From assembly GCA_919902985.1 (NCBI GenBank), contig CAKKSC010000007.1, positions 16,749 to 80,748 on the forward strand: DNA of 64,000 bases. Reading direction: 5' to 3'. Each line of letters begins with the position of its first letter. Positions within the stretch are counted from its first letter, which is position 1. A program made the translations under genes and the position numbers. Positions 9,700-19,096 of this stretch are shown here, one piece after another. The notes below the pieces were generated by a model that was not told where the DNA came from, made no database searches, and worked only from the letters and a program-made list of their open reading frames with translations. Source of the stretch: Desulfuromonadales bacterium. Lineage in GTDB: Bacteria; Desulfobacterota; JAENJC01.

Positions 9700-10911
9700 A
9701 TGATGCGGCTCTCTACACATCGCAAGTCACTCTTCACCAACAAAAATGGTTTTACCCTCATTGAACTGGCAATGGTCATGATAATTGTCGGTCTCCTTCT
9801 TACTATTGGGATGAGCCTGGTTGGCCCGTTGACAAAGAAGGCCAAGCTTATTGAGGCGAGGGAGGCGGTGAAGGCGGCAAAAGAGGCGGTGCTGGGTTTT
9901 ACTGTAAGGAATAATGGTTTATTGCCCCCACTCTTGCCTAATCCGCCTGGGCCGCTTGGAGCTTCTGGTGCTGCAACAATAGATGCTTGGGGGAAAAATC
10001 TCTTTTATATTAGCGAAACTGAGACTACGCAGGGGACAGGTGTTGATGTTTGCGGCCTTACGACCCCGGTGACTCCTATAACTGTGAGGATGTGTCCTAA
10101 TGTCGCCTGTGCAGCACCAACCAGCACTGTCAGTAATGTTGCCTTAGTGATAATAAGTGGTGCGGATAATTTCAATATACAGACAAACATTAGCGGCGCT
10201 AATAATGTTGATATCTACCCGGTTGATACACCAAACATCGACAATTATACGGTTGCTCCAGATCCGAACAGGCTGGAAAACTATGATGATGTTGTTGTAT
10301 ATGTCTCGCTGGATGAGATCAGGACAGCCAGAGGATGTGCGCAACCGTTGGTCATAACATCGCCGACTACGCTACCGCAGGGTGAAGAGGACTCTTTCTA
10401 TTCGTATTCTCTTCAAGCAATTGGTGGAAGACCTCCGTATACTTGGAGTATAGCCACTCAGCCCGGCAGCGGTCTCACTATGAATGCTTCAGGCTTAATA
10501 TCCGGGACTATTAATGTAAACAATGTGGTTCCCAATACCGGTGAGTTAACGGCATGCAATGGGACGATAAATGTGACGAATGCTACCCTCTCTGATTCTG
10601 GAGGTTCTCCTCCAGTTACGTTCACCGGCATAATCCCTGTGAGACCGAAACCTCTGGCAATATCAAATACCGAGATGCCGACGGCAAAGGTAGGAACGCC
10701 TTACACTGTCACCCTTAATGGATCAGCTGGGAATTCCACGACATACACATGGACACTTACCGCTGGGACCCTACCCACCGGCTTGAATTTGGTTTTAGGC
10801 CAGATAACTGGGACTCCATCGGCTGCCGGGGCACCCAGCTTCACAATCCAGTTGGCAGATCCGTGCCTTACAACAATATCAAAGAGTTTTACGATTACTG
10901 TGAATCCATAA
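9700..10911 (+). CDS. pilin-like protein with C-terminal 'putative Ig' (PF05345-like) domains
   Basis: Prepilin N-terminus NGFTLIELAMVMIIVGLLL. C-terminal repeats of G..Y.Y.L.A.GG.PPYTWS...P.GL.L...G.ISGT. Start taken at ATG 9700 because an AGAGGA RBS precedes it. Confidence 0.65.
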   Translation: MMRLSTHRKSLFTNKNGFTLIELAMVMIIVGLLLTIGMSLVGPLTKKAKLIEAREAVKAAKEAVLGFTVRNNGLLPPLLPNPPGPLGASGAATIDAWGKNLFYISETETTQGTGVDVCGLTTPVTPITVRMCPNVACAAPTSTVSNVALVIISGADNFNIQTNISGANNVDIYPVDTPNIDNYTVAPDPNRLENYDDVVVYVSLDEIRTARGCAQPLVITSPTTLPQGEEDSFYSYSLQAIGGRPPYTWSIATQPGSGLTMNASGLISGTINVNNVVPNTGELTACNGTINVTNATLSDSGGSPPVTFTGIIPVRPKPLAISNTEMPTAKVGTPYTVTLNGSAGNSTTYTWTLTAGTLPTGLNLVLGQITGTPSAAGAPSFTIQLADPCLTTISKSFTITVNP

Positions 10912-10946
10912 TTGCTAAGGGTTGGGCGGTTTTGGGGTCAGCATTT

Positions 10947-10984
10947 CTCCCTCTTTGGAAAAGAGGGGGCAGGGGAGATTTTCA
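10947..10984. repeat. poly-C/poly-G hairpin repeat, copy b
   Basis: CTCCCTCTTTggaAAAGAGGGGG followed by CAGGGGAGATTTT. Lies between convergent genes. Confidence 0.65.
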
Positions 10985-11025
10985 GATAAATGTCTTCTTG
11001 TTTGTGAACTCATTAGTATTTACGG

Positions 11026-12834
11026 TTATTGTACTGTCCCCACCGCATCGTCCTTGCACTCAGTCAACCCTTCCGTAGGAGTGACCGTCACTGTCAGAGT
11101 AGATGCATCCACCGTGGTATCCGTGTCGGCGTCAGTCAGCACAAATGAGATTACAAGCGGTCCTTTTGAAAGCCTGTCAGTCAATGTATGGCTTGTAGTC
11201 CCGCTCAGTGTCCCGATGGTTGCAGAAATGCTTACAGTTGTACCGGAGGGCAGCCAGTTCATGTTCTCGTCCCCCAGCGTGAATGTGAAGGCCTGGGAAG
11301 AGCCGTTTGTAATCGTAAACGGCGTGGATGGCGAAATATCGCAATACACCGGATTTCCTGAAAAGACAAGCCTTAAGGATACCCAGATAGTTTTGCTCGT
11401 CAGACAATTGGCTACTGAACAGCCCGGGCCGTCCCAGACGCCGTTTGCCCCATCGTAGACGCCATTTCCATTTGCATCTATAAATTCTTCAAACGGGTCC
11501 GTGCTTGCGGAAACCACACCGTTGCAATTTTTGATTGTGCCGCTGTTCCAGCATCCGTCATCGTTTTTGTCAATAAACGGCTCTCCGGTATCGGTAAATT
11601 TTTCTCCTGCATCGTAGATGCCGTTGCCGTTGATGTCTTCAAAACCCTCTTCCCCTTGAACAGTAGCTAAAATCGTTGCCCATCCGTCCCGCGGATTATA
11701 GGTAGTGGCCGATGGTTCACTGAGGTCGTTAAAAAATGCATTTGAGACTGGGTCACCTGCAACAGCCGGCGTCACATTAACCGGGATTGGCCACTGGGTT
11801 CTGAACTTTACGGTTGTAAGTCCCGATTCATCGGTCACATTGCTGCTGTCAATGGCCCCGGCCTCTGCATAAAAAGAGACCGTAGTGCTTTTAAGCACAT
11901 TGTAGTTTCCAAATCTGTCGGCAATAAAAGCGCTGATGTCGGCCGTTTTGTTAGACCAAACCAGGCCCGGAAGATTAACTTTTGTTGTTGCAATATTAAA
12001 GTGGGATGCAGACGGGAGCCCGCCGCCAATGGAGATAGCGGAAGATGATGCTGAAAATACCTGGCTTCCTGATGTGACAGAAGCGGCAATGGTAACAGTT
12101 CCCGCTACCGATCCGCTGTTAAGGGTCGTTGAGGCATATCCAGATACTGTGGATGCACTGGCAGTAGTTGGAGTTGTATCCGGGTCCCCTATGTATTCCC
12201 CTCCGGCAGACGGGAGTTTGCCGCCGCCAGGACCTACCATGGCGAAACTGACTGATGTCCCGTCGATTGCAGGGTTCCCGTTAATGTCTTTCACGAGGAA
12301 TTTTATAGTGGAGGTGGATGCCTGTCCGCTCCCTTTGATCCCTATCTTCTGTGGGGAGGCTGAAACGAACTCGACGTTCCCAGTGGCGGGGGCTGATATG
12401 ATAATTACCGCAGTATTGCTCAAGGAGCCGACCTTGGCCGTTACGGTTACGGTGCCTGGAACGGTGGATGCAGTAAAGGTCACACTGGCAACGCCATTTG
12501 AGGTAATGGCCTGGGAGGTTATAGTCCCCATGGCGCTGCTGCTCAGGGTGAAAGATACCGCCGTCCCGTCGGCGACATTCCCTCCTGTTGAGGTGGTAAC
12601 AGCGGCCTTGATGCTTGATGTCGTGCCGGTAGTTATAGTGGAAGGGGTTGCAGTCACCTCCATATTGGCGGCGGTTGCCGCCCCGCTTCCTGAGCCCGTT
12701 CCAATGCTTGCGGCCACTCCGCCATTGTTCTCCGGCAGACCGCTCCCGCCGCATGAATAAAGCATCGACAAAAAGACAATCGCCAATAGGGTACTTGCGG
12801 TACGACTAAGTTTCCATGACTCGTTACTCATCAC
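11026..12834 (-). CDS. large surface lipoprotein with bacterial Ig-like (Big) domains and Asp-rich Ca-binding-like repeats
   Basis: Signal peptide plus Cys. Several Big-like repeats (GTVTVTAKVGS; IKFLVKDINGNPAIDGTSVSF). Paralog of 56012..57781. Confidence 0.6.
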   Translation of the reverse strand: MMSNESWKLSRTASTLLAIVFLSMLYSCGGSGLPENNGGVAASIGTGSGSGAATAANMEVTATPSTITTGTTSSIKAAVTTSTGGNVADGTAVSFTLSSSAMGTITSQAITSNGVASVTFTASTVPGTVTVTAKVGSLSNTAVIIISAPATGNVEFVSASPQKIGIKGSGQASTSTIKFLVKDINGNPAIDGTSVSFAMVGPGGGKLPSAGGEYIGDPDTTPTTASASTVSGYASTTLNSGSVAGTVTIAASVTSGSQVFSASSSAISIGGGLPSASHFNIATTKVNLPGLVWSNKTADISAFIADRFGNYNVLKSTTVSFYAEAGAIDSSNVTDESGLTTVKFRTQWPIPVNVTPAVAGDPVSNAFFNDLSEPSATTYNPRDGWATILATVQGEEGFEDINGNGIYDAGEKFTDTGEPFIDKNDDGCWNSGTIKNCNGVVSASTDPFEEFIDANGNGVYDGANGVWDGPGCSVANCLTSKTIWVSLRLVFSGNPVYCDISPSTPFTITNGSSQAFTFTLGDENMNWLPSGTTVSISATIGTLSGTTSHTLTDRLSKGPLVISFVLTDADTDTTVDASTLTVTVTPTEGLTECKDDAVGTVQ

Positions 12835-12844
12835 AAACCCCTGT

Positions 12845-13288
12845 CTAAGAGACGGTTAATGTCGCAGATGCAAAAGCGGAACCTGAGCGGATTTCGAGAT
12901 TGCTCGTAAATGAAGTTCCGCCGCCGGAAAGATAGTCAACCCGCAGGTAATAGACCCCATCGGCATTTGTCGTAGCAATAAATGGCGAGTTTTTTGGTGT
13001 AGAGCCGTCGTAAAGCTGGGCATAGCCCAAAGGATCGGGAATTGCCACAGGCAGGGAGATTGAGACCTCGGCATTCTGAACAGGATTGTCTTTTTCATCC
13101 TTAATGGTGATCGTAAAATATTGAGTATGGGTGGCAGAGGGGTTAGTGTCGCTGACGGACATGCTAAGTGGATTAATAGAAACAACACTTCCAGTTGGCG
13201 CGGTGATTTTATCGCCTGAGCACCCGGCAATCGCCAGGATCAGAAATATTGTAACAAGAAGCTGATACCACGAGTATTCTTTTCTCAT
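12845..13288 (-). CDS. small Ig-like lipoprotein (paralog of 55491..55943)
   Basis: Lipobox LAIAGC. 147 aa. Clearly similar to the 150-aa protein at 55491 (e.g. IRSGSAFASATLTVS versus VRSGAAFISISITLS at the C-termini). Lies upstream of the large Ig-like gene in the same operon orientation. Confidence 0.5.
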   Translation of the reverse strand: MRKEYSWYQLLVTIFLILAIAGCSGDKITAPTGSVVSINPLSMSVSDTNPSATHTQYFTITIKDEKDNPVQNAEVSISLPVAIPDPLGYAQLYDGSTPKNSPFIATTNADGVYYLRVDYLSGGGTSFTSNLEIRSGSAFASATLTVS

Positions 13289-13436
13289 ACCCTCTCCTGA
13301 CCTGAACTGTACCGCAAATCAATCGATCCAGATACTATCACAACGTATTTAATATTCCAATACTTTAAAGCGCTCCAATATTTCCTGATTTATTCATCCT
13401 TGAATCCTTCCGGTTAATCCCCTATACTTAGCTTGT

Positions 13437-15434
13437 ATGAAAGAAAACAAGCTTGCAGAAGTAGCTGTCCCGGCCCCTCTTGACAGGACATTCCATTATC
13501 TCCTCCCTGAAACCCTCGCTGACAAAGCCGCAGTGGGGATGAGGGTTACTGTCCCCTTTGGCAGGAGGTCTGTGACAGGGTATATCGTCGGTTTTCCTAA
13601 GGATGAAGAACCTGATGATTCCTTTGAGTTGAAGGAGATCAAGGATTTCCCTGATCCTGAACCTGTTTTCAGCCCGGATATGCTCAAGCTTTACAAGTGG
13701 ATTGCTGACTACTATATTGCACCGTTGGGCGAGGTAATCAGCACGGCACTGCCGCCGATTATGAAGAGGATAAAAAAGCAGGGGGCAGTGGTCAGGGATC
13801 AGGGGTCAGTAAGAGTCGAACTGACGGAAATGCAGAGAGAGGCCTTTTCAACCATCATTGCTGCTATGGATGCGAACGAGTTTGCCCCTTACCTGCTTCA
13901 TGGCGTAACCGGCAGTGGAAAGACGGAAGTGTACCTGAGGGTAATTGAAGAGTCTCTTGCGCGAGGGAAGGGGGCCATTGTCCTTGTCCCTGAGATATCC
14001 CTTACGCCTCAGCTCCTGGGACGTTTCAGGTCTCGATTTGGTGATAAGGTGGCCGCCCTTCACAGTGCCCTGTCTGACGGCGAGAGGTATTCGGAGTGGA
14101 TGCGGATAAAAAGGGGGGAGGCCAGGATTGTTGTCGGGGCCAGGTCTGCAATATTTGCGCCCATGGATGAACTTGGCGTTCTGGTGGTGGATGAGGAACA
14201 CGACCATTCATACAAGCAGGAAGAATCTCCGCGATATAACGCCCGAGACCTTGCCGTTGTCAGGGGAAAGATGGTTAAAGGGGTTGTCGTACTTGGCTCC
14301 GCTACTCCGTCAATGGAGTCTTATCATAATGCAAAGACAGGAAAGTTTAATTACCTGAACCTCCCCCACAGGGTTGAGGAGCGACCTATGCCCCAGATCG
14401 CAGTAGTTGATATGAAGGATACAGGCAAAAGGCGGATTTTTTCCAGTCAAATGACGGAATCCTTGAACAGGTGTATCGGGGAGAAAAAGCAGGCGCTACT
14501 CTTTTTGAACAGGAGGGGATTTTCCACGTTCCTGATGTGTTCCGACTGTGGCTTCACCTTTGGCTGTCCCAATTGCAGCATATCTCTGATATACCACCAG
14601 GGAGAAGGGTTGCTCAGGTGTCATTACTGTGACTATGTACAAAAGGCCTTTCCTGTGTGTCCTGCCTGCAAAGGTGTAAATGTGGGGCATTTGGGCCTTG
14701 GGACCGAAAAGGTTGAGGACGAGATAAAAAAGTCCTTCCCCGATTCCAGGGTTGCCAGGATGGACAGGGATACGGTTTCAAGGAAAGGCTCCCACGAACG
14801 AATCCTCAAGAGGATGGAAGAGGGGGATCTGGACATACTTATAGGGACCCAGATGGTGACAAAGGGACATGACTATCCAAATATTACTATGGTTGGCGTT
14901 ATCTCTGCAGATATATCCTTAAACCTGCCCGATTTTAGAGCGGCTGAAAGGACATTCCAGCTTCTTACTCAGGTGTCGGGCAGGGCTGGAAGAGGAGACG
15001 TCCTTGGGAAGGTGATAATCCAGACATTTAACCCCGATCACTATAGCATTGTTGCTGCCAGGAGCCATGATCTGGATGGTTTTTACAGGGAGGAGACGAC
15101 CTTCAGGAAGGAACTGGGGTATCCTCCTTTTTCCAGACTGATAAGCATAAGGCTCAGGGGGAACAGCGAGGCCAGAACTGCCTTAGCCGCTAATAATCTT
15201 GGCGAGCTTGCCAGGAATGAGATGAAGGCGTGGAAGGGTGTAACCATACTTGGCCCCAGCAAGGCCACTATATATAAGATCCGAGGGAAATACCGCTGGC
15301 ATATCCTGGTCAAAGGAAAAGACAGCGGCAAGCTTCATTCCTTTGTAAGGAAGCTGATTTCTCTGACGAGGGAGGGGTCGGGTTTCAGGGGGGTTGAGCT
15401 ACAGGTGGATGTAGACCCGTTGAACATGCTTTAG
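13437..15434 (+). CDS. priA: primosomal protein N' (replication restart helicase PriA)
   Basis: Walker A GVTGSGKTEVY, DEEHD box, and a Cys-rich zinc-binding region CSDCGFTFGCPNCS...CHYCDY. Confidence 0.9.
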   Translation: MKENKLAEVAVPAPLDRTFHYLLPETLADKAAVGMRVTVPFGRRSVTGYIVGFPKDEEPDDSFELKEIKDFPDPEPVFSPDMLKLYKWIADYYIAPLGEVISTALPPIMKRIKKQGAVVRDQGSVRVELTEMQREAFSTIIAAMDANEFAPYLLHGVTGSGKTEVYLRVIEESLARGKGAIVLVPEISLTPQLLGRFRSRFGDKVAALHSALSDGERYSEWMRIKRGEARIVVGARSAIFAPMDELGVLVVDEEHDHSYKQEESPRYNARDLAVVRGKMVKGVVVLGSATPSMESYHNAKTGKFNYLNLPHRVEERPMPQIAVVDMKDTGKRRIFSSQMTESLNRCIGEKKQALLFLNRRGFSTFLMCSDCGFTFGCPNCSISLIYHQGEGLLRCHYCDYVQKAFPVCPACKGVNVGHLGLGTEKVEDEIKKSFPDSRVARMDRDTVSRKGSHERILKRMEEGDLDILIGTQMVTKGHDYPNITMVGVISADISLNLPDFRAAERTFQLLTQVSGRAGRGDVLGKVIIQTFNPDHYSIVAARSHDLDGFYREETTFRKELGYPPFSRLISIRLRGNSEARTALAANNLGELARNEMKAWKGVTILGPSKATIYKIRGKYRWHILVKGKDSGKLHSFVRKLISLTREGSGFRGVELQVDVDPLNML

Positions 15435-15502
15435 TTGTGGCATTGTAATTGCAACCGTTCTATTCATTCTCAAGGCGATATGTTTTTTTGGGTTTTATAA
15501 TA

Positions 15503-17599
15503 ATGAAAAAAAAGCTGATAATGGGTTTGGGCTCTATCCTCCTCCTGTTTGCTGTTGGGGGAGCGATTACGGTCCGGAACCTCGAATCCCTGACAAATAA
15601 TCAAAAAAGCGTCGAGAGGGCGTTGAACGAGCATCATGACTACCTTTGGGCTGTATCAAACCTGCTCACGATCCAAGCCGAGCTTTACAGGTACCAGGCA
15701 GGATATGCCGGAAAACTCTCGGACATTAAAAGTTCTGTCGACAGCCTTGACAATGATGTTTTACATCTTATGACCGGTAACCCTGATGAATCTAAAAAGA
15801 CGTCGTTTAAGGAGGTTCTGTTTCTGCTGGATAGCTATAAGCAAAAGGTGAGCCTGATCCTTATAAACGAGGAGAGGGAGGTTAGATTAAAGCTCGAGAA
15901 AGAGGCCTCGGAGCTTGGGGACAGGCTAAAGGAAAGGCTTTTGGGCCTGTACGCTGTTTCCCAGGCCGAGACGGATCAGCTTACCCCAATAATGGAAAGA
16001 ATAGTTTCTCTGTCCATGATGGTTACCTATCTTACCCTGTTTTTTAGCGGAGCACTAGCAATAGTCGGTTCTGTATGGCTGACAAAGGGGATAACAGGGC
16101 CTGTTAACAGGCTTATTGCTGGTACTAGTGCTATTTCTGCAGGTGACTTCGCTAAGCGCGTTAATATAACGTCTGGCGACGAACTGGGTGTTCTCTCAGA
16201 AAGATTCAACCAGATGGCTGAGGCAATTTCCACGAGGGATGAGGAGGTTAAGTCCACCCTGGAGAAACTGGAATCAACTAATGAGGAACTCCAGGCCTCT
16301 TACAGCCAGATGAAGGCGTTAACGCATGACCTGGAGCATGCAAAGAACGAGCTGGAGGTTGAACAAAGAAGGCTTGTTGAGTCGAGGGAATATCTGCAAA
16401 GCGTCCTCGAAGACTCCCCTGATATAATAGTAACAACCGATACCGAGGGAAACATAGTGGAATTCAACAAAGGCGCAGAGGAGATACTCAGATACACGAG
16501 GAAGGAGCTGATTGGCACTCCGGCAGAGCTTCTGTATCAGGATGAAGCAGAAAGGCGGGATATATTAAAGATCGTTGAGGAAAAGGGGAGAGCAACCAAT
16601 TACGAGGCAAGGCTGAAGACAAAAAATGGAAAGGTCCTGGATGTTAGTCTTACTATTTCCCTGCTGCGGGATGGGATTGGCAATGTTGTCGGAACCGTTG
16701 GCATAAGCAGAGATATAACTGAGATCAAGAAAAAGAGGGAAGAGCTCTTGTCCCTAAACAGGAAACTGCAGGAGACAACTCTGGCCCTTGAGGCAGCAAG
16801 GGCTGATCTCGAAAAGAAGGTCGAAGAAAGAACCAGTGAGCTTCGCGAGGCAAATGAAAAGTTGATAGATTCCAACATAAGGATAAAGGAGGGAGATCGC
16901 CTTAAATCCGAGTTTATGGCCAATATGAGCCATGAACTCCGTACCCCTTTAAATGCCATAATCGGATTTTCTGAGGTGTTGCTGGATGGGATAGACGGGG
17001 AGATAAGCGAAGTTCAGGAGATAGATGTCACCCATATCCACGATAGCGGTCTGCATCTGCTGGGAATAATAAATGACATCCTTGACCTCTGTAAGATAGA
17101 GGCAGGAAAGATGGACCTCGTGAAGGAAGAGGTGGACCTTAATGCCGTTGTCGCTGGTGTTGCCTCTGTAGCAAAGACACTGATTAAAGGAAAGGATATA
17201 ATCCTGAAGACTCAAATAGACGAAAAGTTGCCGACAATAATAGCAGACGGCAAAAAACTGAAGCAGATCATCCTGAACCTTCTCTCCAATGCAGCCAAGT
17301 TTACGGAGGAAGGCGAGATAGCAATAAAGGTCGGCCCAGCGGAGGACGGGTATTTTCTGATTAGCGTCACGGATACCGGGATTGGTATAAAGGAAGAGGA
17401 TATGCCGAAGCTGTTTGAAAAATTCAGGCAGATAGACATGTCGAGCACAAGAAATAAGGGTGGGACCGGCCTTGGCCTGGCTATAACAAAGAAGCTTGTG
17501 GAGATGCACGGAGGAACTATCTCGCTCGACAGCAAGGTTGGAGCGGGGACTACATTTTATGTAAAACTGCCGTTAATTTATAACGTAAGTAATGTATAA
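15503..17599 (+). CDS. sensor histidine kinase (TM-HAMP-PAS-HisKA-HATPase)
   Basis: H-box MSHELRTPLNAIIGFSE, N/G boxes, PAS region, coiled-coil. Start moved to ATG 15503 (MKKKLIMGLG). Confidence 0.85.
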   Translation: MKKKLIMGLGSILLLFAVGGAITVRNLESLTNNQKSVERALNEHHDYLWAVSNLLTIQAELYRYQAGYAGKLSDIKSSVDSLDNDVLHLMTGNPDESKKTSFKEVLFLLDSYKQKVSLILINEEREVRLKLEKEASELGDRLKERLLGLYAVSQAETDQLTPIMERIVSLSMMVTYLTLFFSGALAIVGSVWLTKGITGPVNRLIAGTSAISAGDFAKRVNITSGDELGVLSERFNQMAEAISTRDEEVKSTLEKLESTNEELQASYSQMKALTHDLEHAKNELEVEQRRLVESREYLQSVLEDSPDIIVTTDTEGNIVEFNKGAEEILRYTRKELIGTPAELLYQDEAERRDILKIVEEKGRATNYEARLKTKNGKVLDVSLTISLLRDGIGNVVGTVGISRDITEIKKKREELLSLNRKLQETTLALEAARADLEKKVEERTSELREANEKLIDSNIRIKEGDRLKSEFMANMSHELRTPLNAIIGFSEVLLDGIDGEISEVQEIDVTHIHDSGLHLLGIINDILDLCKIEAGKMDLVKEEVDLNAVVAGVASVAKTLIKGKDIILKTQIDEKLPTIIADGKKLKQIILNLLSNAAKFTEEGEIAIKVGPAEDGYFLISVTDTGIGIKEEDMPKLFEKFRQIDMSSTRNKGGTGLGLAITKKLVEMHGGTISLDSKVGAGTTFYVKLPLIYNVSNV

Positions 17600-17644
17600 T
17601 ACGAACAATAGAAGCATGCGGGAGACTCAGGGGTAAGTGCATTT

Positions 17645-18733
17645 ATGAATATGACCATTCTACAGGTAGAAGACAATGAGGCCAACAGAACCCTGGTCAG
17701 AAGGGTGCTTGAGTCCAGAGGGTATACTGTGTTCGATGCGGAAGACGGGCTCAGCGGGATACAAAGGGCACAGGAGCTGAAGCCAGCCCTCATCCTCATG
17801 GATATAAATATCCCAGGCCTTGACGGTTGTGAGGCTGCAACCAGGATAAGGACCTTAAGGGAGCTCGAAAACACACCTATTGTGGCCATAACTGCCGGCA
17901 CAACAAATGGAGACAGGGAGAGGAGCCTTTCTGCAGGTTGCATAGGGTATATACAGAAGCCCATAGATGTCAAGATATTTCCCGAACAGATAAGGGAGTT
18001 CCTTTCAGGCAGGCAGGAGTCACTTGCCCCTGAGGAGGAAAGGAGCAACCTCAAGGATTACAGTCAAAGGCTGGTGACAAGGTTGCAGGAGAAGGTGATG
18101 GCCCTTGGGGTGAAAACCCTGCAACTTGAAGCCAAGGAAAAGGAGATGGAGGACACATATCTAAACGTCATGGCATCCCTCGCAAGGGCAATGGAAGAGA
18201 AGGACCCTTATACGGCAGGGCATTCGGAGAGGGTGACCTATTTTGCCGTTGAGACAGGAAAGTTCATGGAGCTTGAAAGTGATAGGATCAAGGTACTTAC
18301 AAGGGCGGCGAAGCTTCATGATATTGGGAAGATTGTCGTTGACCTTTCCCATATAAACAAACCAGGCAAGTTAAATGAGGAAGAATGGGAGCAGATGAGG
18401 AGGCACCCGGAGATCGGGGCAAACATACTTAAGCCTCTCGGTTTTTTAAACGAGGAGATAGAGATCATCAGGACCCACCATGAGAGGTGGGACGGCAAGG
18501 GATATCCAAATTGTATAGAGGGGCACAAGCTTAATATTATGAGCTGTATAGTGAGCGTTGCTGACAGTTACGATGCCATGGTCAGCAACAGGCGTTACAG
18601 GGCAATGGTTTCACCAAAAGATGCTATTGCAGAGCTTGAGCGTTGCAAGGGAAGCAAGTATCACCCTGTTATTGTGGATGCCTTTGTTGAGTTTATGAAT
18701 ATAAAGGGATTTGATAACCATAAAAGTCATTGA
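17645..18733 (+). CDS. response regulator receiver fused to HD-GYP c-di-GMP phosphodiesterase domain
   Basis: REC domain (LILMDINIPGLDG) and HD-GYP signature HHERWDGKGYP. Confidence 0.85.
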   Translation: MNMTILQVEDNEANRTLVRRVLESRGYTVFDAEDGLSGIQRAQELKPALILMDINIPGLDGCEAATRIRTLRELENTPIVAITAGTTNGDRERSLSAGCIGYIQKPIDVKIFPEQIREFLSGRQESLAPEEERSNLKDYSQRLVTRLQEKVMALGVKTLQLEAKEKEMEDTYLNVMASLARAMEEKDPYTAGHSERVTYFAVETGKFMELESDRIKVLTRAAKLHDIGKIVVDLSHINKPGKLNEEEWEQMRRHPEIGANILKPLGFLNEEIEIIRTHHERWDGKGYPNCIEGHKLNIMSCIVSVADSYDAMVSNRRYRAMVSPKDAIAELERCKGSKYHPVIVDAFVEFMNIKGFDNHKSH

Positions 18734-18766
18734 CATTAAGGACTGATGGTGTTTATTATATTAAAA

Positions 18767-18839
18767 CCAAGTTGCTTTCAAACATCTACTGTTGAACCTG
18801 ATGAATTCTTACTTGGTATTTATACCCGGATGGGTATTA
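18767..18839. repeat. direct repeat unit 1 upstream of tRNA-Gly (CCAAGTTGCTTTCAAACAT ... TACCCGGATGGGTATTA)
   Basis: Both motifs recur in the same order at 19097..19162, downstream of the tRNA. Confidence 0.65.
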
Positions 18840-18891
18840 TACCTGAGCATTCAAAAGCCTTTATTTGAATGTGAATTTGGTATAACAAAAT

Positions 18892-18967
18892 GCGGGCGTA
18901 GCGCAGCTGGTAGCGTAGAAGCTTCCCAAGCTTTTGGTCGCGGGTTCGAATCCCGTCGCCCGCTCCA
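18892..18967 (+). tRNA. tRNA-Gly (anticodon CCC)
   Basis: Cloverleaf folded by hand. Acceptor stem GCGGGCG/CGCCCGC, anticodon loop TTCCCAA, T-loop TTCGAAT, discriminator U and encoded CCA. Confidence 0.85.
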
Positions 18968-18978
18968 ATGAAAAAAAG

Positions 18979-19008
18979 AGGCGGCATCTGCCGCCTTTTA
19001 TTTTTTTC
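18979..19008 (+). terminator. rho-independent terminator after tRNA-Gly
   Basis: AGGCGGCA-tc-TGCCGCCT followed by TTTATTTTTTT. Confidence 0.6.
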
Positions 19009-19068
19009 TTGCATGATAATTAACTTTGTGCTAAAAAAATAGGAGTATTAGCATCCGGGTATACAAAA

Positions 19069-19093
19069 GTGGGCGCGAGCCCACTTTTTTTTT
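19069..19093 (+). terminator. second rho-independent terminator
   Basis: GTGGGC-gcga-GCCCAC followed by a T9 run. Confidence 0.55.
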
Positions 19094-19096
19094 ATA

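Noticed and set aside
10922-11458. 178-aa + strand ORF after the pilin-Ig gene
   Set aside because: Begins inside a poly-C/G hairpin repeat, and the rest is antisense to the 3' end of the minus-strand Ig-like gene. No RBS.
11936-12760. 274-aa + strand ORF
   Set aside because: Antisense to the Ig-like lipoprotein gene 11026..12834, whose paralog at 56012 confirms the minus-strand frame. The similarity to the paralog exists only in the minus-strand frame.
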